Assembly: GCA_934699525.1 (NCBI GenBank)
Contig: CAKUWP010000004.1
Location: 42,724-106,723 of the forward strand
Length of the DNA: 64,000 nucleotides
DNA from: an uncultured Bacilli bacterium
Lineage (GTDB): Bacteria > Bacillota_I > Bacilli_A > RFN20 > CAG-826
Reading direction: 5' to 3'
The stretch's first letter is position 1. The number at the start of each line of letters is the position of its first letter. The position numbers and the translations under genes are program-made. Shown here piece by piece: positions 19,856-29,588 of this stretch. The notes below the pieces were generated by a model. The model searched no databases, was not told where the DNA came from, and worked only from the letters and a program-made list of their open reading frames with translations.

Positions 19856-20092
19856 TTAGGCAACGAGAATATGCCTGGCAACCTCGCGGTTCAAAGCAAG
19901 GCGCGATTCCTTCACAAGAATCACGGTTCCGCTATTTTCTTGGCTAAGAACCATGATTTTGGAATCGCTCACAATTCCAAGGCTTGCAAGGTGACGGGCG
20001 ATCGAAGATTCGCCGCCAACTTTCAGGACCTTGAGTTCTTTCCCACTGGGCGCAAAGCATAATGGCATAGGCAATCCCTCCTTTAACGGCAA
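19856..20092 (-). CDS. feoA: FeoA family protein (second copy)
   Basis: 78 aa, FeoA-like. Confidence 0.75.
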   Translation of the reverse strand: MPLKEGLPMPLCFAPSGKELKVLKVGGESSIARHLASLGIVSDSKIMVLSQENSGTVILVKESRLALNREVARHILVA

Positions 20093-20204
20093 TATGTTAA
20101 TCTACAATAACCTTTGAATACAAGAAAATTGTTAAGATTATTTAACTGAAAGCCTTTTCCTAAGAAAAGATGTCCTTTCTAGGAGGATTTGCTAGAATGG
20201 TTTC

Positions 20205-20618
20205 ATGGAAAAAATCTTACAAATCGCTTCTTTAGCCTCACAAAGCAAGCAGTCGGAAATCGTTTGCCGCATCTTAACCAAACACGGGTATCGCTTGCTT
20301 CCCGTCCATCAAGAAATGGATCCAAATCTAGTAACCTTGGTCTTCTTGACCCCGGGAGTCACTTTGGGCGAACTCTTCGATGCCTTCCCTTGGTTGAAGC
20401 AAGAACACGAACGTTCTTCTTCCCCTTACCTTCGTTTGTTCCCCTTCATTCCCTATCACCCTTCCAGGGAAGATATCGATGACCTTTTCGAAGAGGGGCT
20501 AGGAGAAGTTTACGAAGAACTCTTCTCCGGCGAATTCAAACCCTATGGCTGGGATTTGGATGATGAAAACACCATCCAAGAATTCGAACGGGTCTTGGAA
20601 GAAAATTATTCTTGTTAA
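20205..20618 (+). CDS. hypothetical protein
   Basis: 137-aa ORF with AGGAGG upstream. No recognisable motif. Confidence 0.5.
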   Translation: MEKILQIASLASQSKQSEIVCRILTKHGYRLLPVHQEMDPNLVTLVFLTPGVTLGELFDAFPWLKQEHERSSSPYLRLFPFIPYHPSREDIDDLFEEGLGEVYEELFSGEFKPYGWDLDDENTIQEFERVLEENYSC

Positions 20619-20619
20619 A

Positions 20620-20657
20620 GAAAAAGCGTTCCCTCAAGACGGAAGGAACGCTTTTTT
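20620..20657. terminator. bidirectional rho-independent terminator between convergent genes
   Basis: AGCGTTCC/GGAACGCT stem flanked by an A-run and a T-run. Confidence 0.7.
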
Positions 20658-20662
20658 CATGC

Positions 20663-21007
20663 TTATTTCCCGTGAATTTCGGTGATTTCGAATTCGTACC
20701 CGGTTTCGAAGTCGAAGTCTTCACAGCCGCATTTGGGGCAGCGGTTCTTGCTTTTTAAAATCGGGAATTCCGCTTCGCAATGATGGCAGCGGCCCATCGC
20801 TTCGACGGTGCGGACCTCCAACTCGCAATCTTTAAGACGGGGTTCGTCTTCGATCACGGCCGGCCAGCATTCGTACATGAAGCGCGGAACAATGCCCGTT
20901 GCTTCTCCAGCGGAGAGCACCACCTTGGAAATCATGGAGAGATGGTTCTCATCCATGAAATCCTGAAGGGTAGAGACTAATTCGCTGGCGTAGCCTAATT
21001 CGTGCAT
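20663..21007 (-). CDS. hypA: HypA-like zinc-finger nickel metallochaperone
   Basis: 114 aa starting MHE, with two CxxC pairs (CHHC...CPKC) as in HypA. Confidence 0.6.
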   Translation of the reverse strand: MHELGYASELVSTLQDFMDENHLSMISKVVLSAGEATGIVPRFMYECWPAVIEDEPRLKDCELEVRTVEAMGRCHHCEAEFPILKSKNRCPKCGCEDFDFETGYEFEITEIHGK

Positions 21008-21010
21008 CGA

Positions 21011-23758
21011 TTAATCCTTTTTGAAGGCGTTGGCCGCGATCTTAAGACCGCGTTTGAGGGTGTGGCCCATCGCCTTCGGCAAGAGGGTTTCGAACTTCGT
21101 CGCGTAGATGTTGGTCTTCTTGACGAGGTGGGCAGCGTCGAATTCGCATTGGAAGACGCATTGTCCGCAACCGATGCAGAGGTTCGGGTCGACGACGGCC
21201 TTGCCGCAGCTAAGGCAACGGGCGGCTTCTTTCTTGACCTGCTCTTCGGTGAAGGTGCCGCGCGGGTCCTTGTACGACTTGGTGTCAACAGGTCCAACGG
21301 CCGGGATTTGACGCGGAGCGCGGTCGAATCCTTCGAGGACGATGTTATCGACGTCGATTTGATGATATTCACGGCGGTCACGGCCAGCATCGAGGGTTTG
21401 GCCCGGCTGGACGTAACGATGGAGCGAGATTGCGGCTTGTTTGCCCGCGGCAATTGCATTGATGCAGAAATAAGGTCCGGTGACCACGTCGCCGCCGGCA
21501 AAGATGTCGGGGTCGTTGGTTTGATAGGTAAGCGGATCGGCAAGGATCGTGCCACGACGAGTGAGCTTGACCTGGGTGCCTTCGAGGAGTTTACCAAAAT
21601 CGAATCCTTGGCCGATGGCTTTTAAAACCTTGGTGCATTCGACGGTTTCGGTTTGGTCTTCATCATAGACCGGGGCGAAGTGTCCTGCCTCGTCTTTGAC
21701 GCGCAAGCACTTCTTGAAGGTGATGGAAGCGAATTTGCCATCCGTGACATTGATCGACTTCGGACCGAAGCCATTGTGGATGACGATGCCTTCTTCTTCC
21801 GCTTCAGCAAGTTCGTCTTTGGCGGCTGGCATTTCTTCGCGAGATTCCAAGCAATAGAGGTCGACTTTGGAAGCGCCTTGGCGGAGGGCCGTGCGGGCGA
21901 CGTCCATTGCGACGTTGCCACCGCCGACAACCACGACATTGCCGTTAAGTTCTAGTCCTTTGCCAAGGTTGACTTGACGGAGGAAGTCGATACCGCCGAC
22001 CACGTCGATGTTATCTTCGTTTTCTAAGCCGAGGTTACGGGAGAGTTGGGCACCGATTGCGATATAGAACCCGTTGAAGCCTTGCTCCTTGAGTTCGGCA
22101 ATCGTGACGTCTTTGCCGACTTCCACGCCGGTTTTGAACTTGACGCCAGGTTTTTCGATGATATCGATTTCAGCTTGGACCACGTCTTTTTGGAGGCGGA
22201 AGGCCGGGATGCCGAGGGTCATCATACCACCGAGTTTTTCTTCTTTTTCAAAGACGGTGACATCATATCCATCTTGAGCAAGGTAATAGGCGCAGCTTAA
22301 TCCAGCGGGGCCACCGCCGATGATGGCGATTTTCTTATCGTGGTAGTCATAACGCTTCCAAGGCAAGAATTGTCCTTCCGGAGTAAGTTCTTGTTCCGCG
22401 ATGAATTTCTTGATGTCATCGATCGCGACGGCTTGGTCAATGGAACCGCGGGTGCAGTGTTCTTCGCAAGCGTGGTTGCAGATACGTCCGCAGACCGCGG
22501 GGAAGGGGTTCTCATGCTTGATGAGGGCAAGGGCTTCTTTATAGCGTCCTTCCGAGGCCATCTTGATGTAGCCTTGGATACCGATATGAGCCGGGCACCA
22601 GGTTTTGCAAGGAGCCGTTCCGGTTTCGGGGACGACGTCTTCGCGATGGAAACGGTAATCCGGATCCACGACCGCTTTCTTGACGGTGTTGGAGGTAAGC
22701 GGAGCTTGGAAATGCACCTTGACGGGGCATTTTTCTTCGAGTTTCACGCCAAGGCGAATCGCGTTAACGGGGCAATTTTCGACGCATTTGCCGCAAGCGA
22801 CGCAATTGGCAGCCGTAACTTCGCAACGATAGTTCGAAGCGGCAGCTTCGCTGATTTTGAATTCTTGGACGGGGCGGAGGCCAAAGCAAGCGCAGCCACA
22901 GCAATTGCAGATGGCCGATGTTTTGCCATCTTCAATGCCTTCGATATTCGGGACCGAGTGCATGAGGCCTTGCTTTTCGCAACGGTGGATGATTTCCTCG
23001 GCTTCTTCGCGGGTGATTTTACGATCTTTGCCCGTGCGGACGAAGTATTCGGCGGCTTTGCCAAGCTTCACGCAACGATCGTCAGGCATGTGGCCGCAGC
23101 CTTCGCCCATTTCGGTGCGGCAAACGCGGCAAGAGCAGCGTCCGACGGAGAAATAATCGTATTTATCAAGATAATAGGAAATCGTATCTCGAGGATCGGG
23201 AGTCTCTCCCTTAGGAAGGGCGCTTTCGATAGGGATGACGCGCATCAAGCCATAGCCGTTGGGGAGCATCGGGCCCATGGTCTGCATGCGGTCGTGGGTA
23301 TAAGCATTGAAGGCGCGGCGGATTTCCGGATGGTGCTCGGCATTGGGCGAGACGACCATGATTTCAAGAAGTCCGGGAGCGAAAATCGGAAGGATGTATT
23401 CTTCGCGATCTTCATAGATATCGACGCGAATGATGCCTAAATAATCACCGAGGTGGTCGGCAACATTATGGACGCGTTCTTCCGTCCACTTGAGTTTCTT
23501 CGCCATTTCGTGATTCGTGCGAAGCTTGCGAAGGCCCATGGCGAGCAAGAAGTCGCATTCTTCGTCGGAAACCGAACCGGCGAGGGAATAATATTCCGGC
23601 GCGTTGGCGTCGATTTTATTCACGATGCCCGAGGGGCCGCCGATCATTTTGGCAACTTTGACGACTTTGGCGCGAAGGGGCTTCGTGCCGTCGGCAACGG
23701 GTTTGCCTTCCCACGTAATCTCTTGATCGAGTTCGAGTTGAATTGGTTGTTCTGCCAT
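21011..23758 (-). CDS. Fe-S flavoprotein oxidoreductase, a GltD-like pyridine nucleotide-disulfide oxidoreductase fused to 4Fe-4S ferredoxin domains
   Basis: 915 aa with multiple CxxCxxCxxxCP motifs. It has a GGGPAG FAD motif and a second Rossmann motif VVVVGGGNVAMD. Confidence 0.85.
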   Translation of the reverse strand: MAEQPIQLELDQEITWEGKPVADGTKPLRAKVVKVAKMIGGPSGIVNKIDANAPEYYSLAGSVSDEECDFLLAMGLRKLRTNHEMAKKLKWTEERVHNVADHLGDYLGIIRVDIYEDREEYILPIFAPGLLEIMVVSPNAEHHPEIRRAFNAYTHDRMQTMGPMLPNGYGLMRVIPIESALPKGETPDPRDTISYYLDKYDYFSVGRCSCRVCRTEMGEGCGHMPDDRCVKLGKAAEYFVRTGKDRKITREEAEEIIHRCEKQGLMHSVPNIEGIEDGKTSAICNCCGCACFGLRPVQEFKISEAAASNYRCEVTAANCVACGKCVENCPVNAIRLGVKLEEKCPVKVHFQAPLTSNTVKKAVVDPDYRFHREDVVPETGTAPCKTWCPAHIGIQGYIKMASEGRYKEALALIKHENPFPAVCGRICNHACEEHCTRGSIDQAVAIDDIKKFIAEQELTPEGQFLPWKRYDYHDKKIAIIGGGPAGLSCAYYLAQDGYDVTVFEKEEKLGGMMTLGIPAFRLQKDVVQAEIDIIEKPGVKFKTGVEVGKDVTIAELKEQGFNGFYIAIGAQLSRNLGLENEDNIDVVGGIDFLRQVNLGKGLELNGNVVVVGGGNVAMDVARTALRQGASKVDLYCLESREEMPAAKDELAEAEEEGIVIHNGFGPKSINVTDGKFASITFKKCLRVKDEAGHFAPVYDEDQTETVECTKVLKAIGQGFDFGKLLEGTQVKLTRRGTILADPLTYQTNDPDIFAGGDVVTGPYFCINAIAAGKQAAISLHRYVQPGQTLDAGRDRREYHQIDVDNIVLEGFDRAPRQIPAVGPVDTKSYKDPRGTFTEEQVKKEAARCLSCGKAVVDPNLCIGCGQCVFQCEFDAAHLVKKTNIYATKFETLLPKAMGHTLKRGLKIAANAFKKD

Positions 23759-23770
23759 TGTTGATATCCT

Positions 23771-24052
23771 TTACTTCTTTACGGGGGCGAGGTTGATTTT
23801 CGTCCCGGACATTTGGCAGGTGGCCACAATGTCTTTCTTGCTGTTTGTGAAAAGCACATTCGAGCGATAACGCTTTCCATCCACTCCTTTGATTTCAATC
23901 TGGATGGCGTTCTCGCCCTTGGTGATTTCGCTGCGGAAGCTTTCTTGATCCGCTTTCCATTCTCCCAGGGTTTTGGCGTTGCTGATGACGATGGCGTCAA
24001 CCGGGTCGCCAAGAGTACCGGGAAGACGTGTTAAAGATAATATTCTTGCCAT
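23771..24052 (-). CDS. hypothetical protein, probably cotranscribed with the oxidoreductase
   Basis: 93-aa ORF, 12 bp upstream of the next gene. Confidence 0.45.
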   Translation of the reverse strand: MARILSLTRLPGTLGDPVDAIVISNAKTLGEWKADQESFRSEITKGENAIQIEIKGVDGKRYRSNVLFTNSKKDIVATCQMSGTKINLAPVKK

Positions 24053-24057
24053 AGTAC

Positions 24058-24075
24058 TTACATTTATAAATGTAA
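24058..24075. promoter_or_regulatory. perfect 18-bp palindrome TTACATTTATAAATGTAA, a candidate operator
   Basis: Seen directly, immediately upstream of the 23771..24052 start. Confidence 0.4.
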
Positions 24076-24451
24076 TGGGGGGTCAATGCAAGAGGGGATG
24101 AAAGCGTTTTCTTCGGTATATCGGTAAATCGTTATCAATAGACGTTAATTCTTTGGAGACACCGCATTTTCCGATGGGCGAAATGGCGTGCTCTTCAAGA
24201 CGAGAAAACCAAATTATTTCCGAACCCTCCAACGACTGTCTTCGTTATTTCCGACCCGAGTAAAGTTTGATTCGCACATAGAAATTTTCGTCAATTCTAT
24301 ATCCTCTTTTGATAAAGGATTCGCGAAGAAATGAAAAGGGCAAGGAAGGAAGCAATAAAACTTCCGACGAAATCTAGCCTTCTCAAAAAATGAAGCAATA
24401 AACGAAACAATAAAAAAGCCCCGAGTTTGGGGCAATCGACATGGTGGGGAA

Positions 24452-25021
24452 TTATCGGGCGATTCCGTGCAATAACGTTTGGGCTAACGACTTCATCGCT
24501 TCATCGTAACCCATATTGTCTTGGTCCAAAATCGGGGTTTGGAGGAGATAAAGGATGGCGGAACGGAGGCAGCCAATCGTAAGGTCGACGTGAATAGAAG
24601 AGAGGAAGGCTCCTTCTTCGATTCCTTTTTCAAGTTCTTTCTTGATGTCGGAGCAAGCCGCGTCAACGATGGCGATCGCTTCTTCGAAAACAATTGGAGA
24701 ATCCAAGGCGAGTAAATGGGCTTTCTTGAAATCCAAACGTTCTTCCCATTGGGTTTTCGCCGTTAAGATGCCTTCGATTTTTTCGCCGCAAGAGAGCTGA
24801 TGGTTGGACAAGATCGCTTCTCTTTTGCCGGCGAATTCTTCTTTCATATCCGCGAGGATGAAGGAATAAATATCATCCTTGGAACGGAAAAAACGGTAAA
24901 TGGTCTTCTTGGAAATGTGGATGCGAGCACTCACGCTGTCTAAAGTTAATTTGGGTCCGTGAAGGTTATATTCCTCCACGAAGGAATCCACGATTTCAGG
25001 TCTCATGTCTTTGCGGTACAT
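24452..25021 (-). CDS. TetR/AcrR family transcriptional regulator
   Basis: 189 aa with a TetR HTH (SVSARIHISKKTIYRFF). Confidence 0.8.
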   Translation of the reverse strand: MYRKDMRPEIVDSFVEEYNLHGPKLTLDSVSARIHISKKTIYRFFRSKDDIYSFILADMKEEFAGKREAILSNHQLSCGEKIEGILTAKTQWEERLDFKKAHLLALDSPIVFEEAIAIVDAACSDIKKELEKGIEEGAFLSSIHVDLTIGCLRSAILYLLQTPILDQDNMGYDEAMKSLAQTLLHGIAR

Positions 25022-25127
25022 AACTAAAATCCTCTTTTCGCGGATTGACTATAGAAGAAGGAAAGGGAAAGTGCAATTCTTTTCTAAATGTTTTTGCGGG
25101 TTTCTATTTTTCTTTTGCCGTATCGGC

Positions 25128-25751
25128 TTATTTATTCTCTTCGCTTTCGTAGAGTTTTCGCGACTTGGCTAGGATTTTGCTTTTTAAAATAAGACGGCAA
25201 AGGAAGCCGGAAAATAAGCCCGTGGCCAGGGAGATTAAGGCCATGAATGGGAGATAATAAAGCACGGCGGTCGAGCCTAAATAAAGGATGCCGATTGCAA
25301 TTTGTCCAACATCGTGAAGCAAAGCCCCAAGGATGGAAACAAAAAACGGGGTCAGTTTTCGTTTGGAGGCCAAAACGCATAAAGCCATGCCTAAATAACT
25401 AAGAACCATGCCAGCAAACGACATCCACCCTCCCATGGAAAAAAGGGTGCCACGCAATAAGCTCACGGCGATAACACGCAATATATCGACCATCAAGGCT
25501 TCGCTCCAAGAGAATTCATAGAGCATGATCAAGATGATGACGTTAGCTAAGCCAAGTTTCATCCCCGGGACGAAAAGGTCGGGGAGCATGCTTTCGACCA
25601 TCCCGACGACAATCGCCATCGCGGTGAAAACCCCAATCATCGTGATTTTGCGGGTTCCCCACTTCTTGTGGTCGCTTGTGGCATAGCCAATTAAAAATAA
25701 ACCCAAAATCAAAAGGGGAACGACGATCTTAAACCGCAAATCAAAACGCAT
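25128..25751 (-). CDS. Gx transporter family membrane protein (heptaprenyl diphosphate synthase component I-like)
   Basis: 207 aa, polytopic. It sits adjacent to a NusG_II-like partner gene. Confidence 0.55.
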   Translation of the reverse strand: MRFDLRFKIVVPLLILGLFLIGYATSDHKKWGTRKITMIGVFTAMAIVVGMVESMLPDLFVPGMKLGLANVIILIMLYEFSWSEALMVDILRVIAVSLLRGTLFSMGGWMSFAGMVLSYLGMALCVLASKRKLTPFFVSILGALLHDVGQIAIGILYLGSTAVLYYLPFMALISLATGLFSGFLCRLILKSKILAKSRKLYESEENK

Positions 25752-26152
25752 TAGATTTCAATCTCCCCGGAAGATTCGCCCGAAAGCAAAATCGTGACTT
25801 GGTTATAAGCACAGACAATGGGCGTAGACGGGCTAGAAACGTAATGGAGGTTTACGCAATATTGACTCGGGCAGCCGCTTTTGGCGACGCAAATCGCATT
25901 ATGTTTCACTCTTATTGTCATCGGGGTTTTGACTCCTTCGATTTCAATATCGCGTTCCTTGGTTTCCTTGCTTAAATCCAAACGCAGAATCACTTCATTG
26001 GAGCGGGAAACGGTCGCGGAGAGGTTTTCCGGCGCCTTCTTTAACGTAAAATAGAGGATGCAGGAAAGGGACACGCAGAAAACAAGGCCGATAAGAACGA
26101 TTTCCGGCCAGTGTTTATGGAAGAATCCTGTCTTTTTCTTTTCCGTGCCCAT
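25751..26152 (-). CDS. NusG domain II-containing membrane-anchored protein
   Basis: 133 aa with an N-terminal TM segment. Its stop overlaps the start of the downstream gene. Confidence 0.5.
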   Translation of the reverse strand: MGTEKKKTGFFHKHWPEIVLIGLVFCVSLSCILYFTLKKAPENLSATVSRSNEVILRLDLSKETKERDIEIEGVKTPMTIRVKHNAICVAKSGCPSQYCVNLHYVSSPSTPIVCAYNQVTILLSGESSGEIEI

Positions 26153-26351
26153 AAAGCGTCGATATTCTAGTCAAATTGTTTCTAAAAGAAAAGCAAGCGC
26201 GCCTACCAATCCGAGGAATTCTCATTCGGCAAGAAATCGAGCAAGCTGACTCGCAGGAAGCCTTCTTCCGCGTAAAAGGGTTTGCCTTGCTCGCAACGCG
26301 TTTTAAAAGAGGCATGGTTTACCCTCCTGCACATGCCCCTTCTTCCATTGT

Positions 26352-28703
26352 CTATGCTTTGCTCAATCGTATGGTAATGGTGCAATCGGCCTCAATCGCT
26401 GATTTATCTATTTTTACCCATCGTTCATCGAAACAATCAATCGCCTTTCCGTCCATATCCGCGCTTGCGATTTCAGAGCCGTAGCCGACGTATTTTATCG
26501 TCATTTTATGCCCGTTAAACGGCGTTTGTATTTCGGCGTTTTCGTATTCTTTCGGAACGCATGGCGTAATTGCCAAGTCCTCAAGCGTGAAGTTTATGCC
26601 GAACATCCACGAATAAATGGCGCGCTCTATCATCGCGACGCTTCCCGTTAAAAACGAAAATCCCGCTCTGCCGTAAAACGACGGCACCAAATGATAGCAA
26701 TTTGTTATGGCATACGGCGCGGCGCAAACTTTTTCGGGCGAATGCTTATCCGCATAAAAGGGCATTGCATAGCCCAAAACGTCGAAAATCTCCTCGTATC
26801 TTCCCGCTTTTGCGAGCGCGCGAATCAAAAAGCACTGCGAACCGTGGTTATAAACGCTTGCGTTTTCGGCAAAATACGGCTGAAAATCTCCCGTACCCAT
26901 TTTGCCGATGCCGTCTATAAAGCTTCCGCCGAGCGGCTCGGAGAAAAGTTGGTATCCGTTCGTCGTTTTGAGTTTTTCTATTTCATCAAAAATCAAATTT
27001 TCTTTTCCTTTGGCGACTCCACTTATAACCGCATACGCGTTCGTCGGAACGTAAACGCGCTTTTTGCCGTCCTCATCCTTCTCCGAGAACAACCAATTGC
27101 CGTTATCCGTATAGACGGCATTATAGAATTTACCGTTGAAAGAGGCTTCGTTGATCGCTTTTTTAAGTTTTTCGGCGGCCGTCGTATACTTTTCGATTTC
27201 TTCGCACGAAACGAGTTTTTCAAGGATTTGCGTTAAATAATCGAGGCACATGACGAGTTGGCACGAAACCATGACGCTTTCGCCCTTGCCTTTTTTGCCC
27301 ACTCCGCTTAAACAGTCCAGCCAATCGCCGCCTCGCATCTTAACAAGCCCGTGAACGCCGAGCGAATCTTTCGCGATAAGGTAATCCATGCCCTTTTTAA
27401 GGTGCATCAATCCCGTTTCGGCGGTTTCGTCGTCATAATAAGGATATTTCTTTTCAAGGATAGAATAATCGCCCGCGTAGGCAAGGTAATCGTAAACGTA
27501 TTCGGTAAAGAAACACGCCGAATCGACGAATTCTCTCAAATCGAATTTCGTGCCGCTTCCAAATGGAACTTGGCGAGGATACCAGCCGTCGCTGCGCTGC
27601 TTTGAGAAAATGTTTTCGATAACGCCTTTGCACATTTCTTCGTCATAGCAAAGCATACCCTCGAAGTCGTTCGCGGCGTCGCGCACTCCGCGCATCCCCG
27701 TCGGCCAGCCTCTGTCGAGCGAGGAAACCCAATGCATTTCAAGCGGCAAAAATCCGTTTACGAATCGATCGAAATCGGCATTCCCCGTTTTTACCGTCCT
27801 CACCGAGAAGAGTTCGTTATATTTCTTTTCGAGTTTTTCAAGCTCGTCTTTTTGTGCTTTGCCGTCGAAATATTTCTTCGCCGCCGCTATATCCTCCGAA
27901 ACATCCTTTTCGTCGTCGGTTATGGAAAACACTTGCGTAAAAGAATAACTTTCGCCGCTTCTCACCGCAATTTCGGATAACCCCGAAACGCATTGCTTGA
28001 ACGCGTATAAAACGTCCTCGGTGTTTTTGCCTATAACTCTCGGAAGGACGGTAAAATTCTTAGTTGACGTGGCAAGTCTTTCGAGGCTTAATTCGCGATA
28101 TTTCGGCTCGTCGCTGTCCACTACTGTTAAATATCTTCTCTCTTCCTTTTTGCCCGCGACCGAAAATTTAGTCGTCAAAAAGGCGTTTTCGCCTTTTAAA
28201 TATTCCGTTCTCGTGTACCATTCGGGCTTATCCCACGGAGCCATCAAAAGTTCGTTAAGATACGGGAACGCACACTTTAAAATCCGATACTTTTTATCTT
28301 CCTTCCCATTGTTCGCTATCGTAACGTTTACAATCAATCTCTTGCCCTTTTCGGGAACCAGAACCTCGGTTTTGACGAGAGTTTCGCCGAAAGTGAGGCG
28401 ATAAGTCGATAAACTCGGCAAAAAGTCTATCGTCAACTTGTCCGCGGATAAAACGCCGAAGTTCTCATAAACCTTTTCTCCGTCCGATATTAGCACTTTT
28501 ACGGGCGAACCCATTTCTCTTTCTTCGCGCTTGAAAACGGCTTCGCCGACGGGCGGATTTATCTGCGCCGTCATGATTCCGTACTGATCGAGTTTTATAA
28601 GGATCTCGTCGTTTTTTAAGATATATTCGTAATTTCCCGCGTCAGGCAACTTGGTTATGGTATACCCGCCGAGTTCTTCTTTGAAATTTCCGCACTCTTC
28701 CAT
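26352..28703 (-). CDS. GH94-like glycoside phosphorylase/hydrolase ((alpha/alpha)6 barrel)
   Basis: 783 aa. GGDWLDCL resembles the catalytic RADWNDCLN region of cellobiose phosphorylase. Confidence 0.55.
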   Translation of the reverse strand: MEECGNFKEELGGYTITKLPDAGNYEYILKNDEILIKLDQYGIMTAQINPPVGEAVFKREEREMGSPVKVLISDGEKVYENFGVLSADKLTIDFLPSLSTYRLTFGETLVKTEVLVPEKGKRLIVNVTIANNGKEDKKYRILKCAFPYLNELLMAPWDKPEWYTRTEYLKGENAFLTTKFSVAGKKEERRYLTVVDSDEPKYRELSLERLATSTKNFTVLPRVIGKNTEDVLYAFKQCVSGLSEIAVRSGESYSFTQVFSITDDEKDVSEDIAAAKKYFDGKAQKDELEKLEKKYNELFSVRTVKTGNADFDRFVNGFLPLEMHWVSSLDRGWPTGMRGVRDAANDFEGMLCYDEEMCKGVIENIFSKQRSDGWYPRQVPFGSGTKFDLREFVDSACFFTEYVYDYLAYAGDYSILEKKYPYYDDETAETGLMHLKKGMDYLIAKDSLGVHGLVKMRGGDWLDCLSGVGKKGKGESVMVSCQLVMCLDYLTQILEKLVSCEEIEKYTTAAEKLKKAINEASFNGKFYNAVYTDNGNWLFSEKDEDGKKRVYVPTNAYAVISGVAKGKENLIFDEIEKLKTTNGYQLFSEPLGGSFIDGIGKMGTGDFQPYFAENASVYNHGSQCFLIRALAKAGRYEEIFDVLGYAMPFYADKHSPEKVCAAPYAITNCYHLVPSFYGRAGFSFLTGSVAMIERAIYSWMFGINFTLEDLAITPCVPKEYENAEIQTPFNGHKMTIKYVGYGSEIASADMDGKAIDCFDERWVKIDKSAIEADCTITIRLSKA

Positions 28704-28764
28704 CTTTTTAAAGTTCCTCTCCGTTGGATTCGATTATTTTTTATACCAATACGCGCTATTCGTT

Positions 28765-29079
28765 CTAACGCATCATCATCGACGTATGCAAGCCTGAATC
28801 GCTTGGAATATCGAGAGACCACTCGAAATTATCCATAAACGACCAGTAAAAATACCCTTTTATATGGCGTGCTTCTACAATTTCTTTCCTGTTTGCAATA
28901 TGGCGTTTCCTATAACCTATCCGCATATCGCCGGGGAATTTGCCCTTTATGAGCGCGTCCGTAAAAAAGCAGCAGTCGCAAAAATCTCCGCAAACATAGC
29001 ACCCTTCATTTCTCTCCATACTGAGGCTTTTTTCGAGGCTGATGGAAGAGATAAAAACCCCGAGGATTAGTCGGGGCAT
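28765..29079 (-). pseudogene. remnant of a GH1 beta-glucosidase (C-terminal fragment)
   Basis: KGYFYWSFMDNFEW is the conserved GH1 C-terminal motif. Only about 60 aa of homology remain. Confidence 0.55.
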
Positions 29080-29088
29080 GGAATAGGG

Positions 29089-29511
29089 CTATTTCACCAC
29101 GCCTTTTTTCAGGATGATGTTCGCGTAGATCGCCGTTTCACCGCTTTGGATGATGCAATAGGCTTTCCTGGCCCGTTCATAGAAAGCGAAGCGTTCAATC
29201 ATCCCTTTGCGGGTATTGGGTTCTTTTTTAGATGCGATTGCATCGTAACGAGCCCAGATTTCAGGAGTGGAGTCGCCGTTAGTGGTTTCCATCAAGAAGA
29301 AATTCTCGGGGCTATAGGTATCCAAAGGGAGAAGGGTCAAGATGGCATCGAGGAGCTCTTCTCCTCCGATTCCATCCGCGCGGATGACTTTGGGGCCGAG
29401 GCTTGAGCCGGGGAAATTCCCGTCTCCGATGACGATTTCATCCCCGTGGCCCATTTCATCGAGGGCCTTTAATAATTCAGGGCTGAGGCAAGGCGGAATA
29501 TTTTTTAGCAT
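29089..29511 (-). CDS. RbsD/FucU family sugar mutarotase
   Basis: 140 aa matching FucU (ISPELLKALDEMGHGDEIV...FAFYERA). Confidence 0.8.
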   Translation of the reverse strand: MLKNIPPCLSPELLKALDEMGHGDEIVIGDGNFPGSSLGPKVIRADGIGGEELLDAILTLLPLDTYSPENFFLMETTNGDSTPEIWARYDAIASKKEPNTRKGMIERFAFYERARKAYCIIQSGETAIYANIILKKGVVK

Positions 29512-29588
29512 GGTGTTGCTCCTACTAGTATCTATATTCTATATCTTAAACGTTCTCTCTTTTTGCGGTGTTTTTATTATCAAGGGCT

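Noticed and set aside
21002-23764. Long plus-strand ORFs (207, 366 and 103 aa) antisense to the oxidoreductase gene.
   Set aside because: They are shadow ORFs in a GC-rich coding region, low-complexity (A/R/G-rich) with no motifs. The minus-strand gene has clear Fe-S and FAD motifs.
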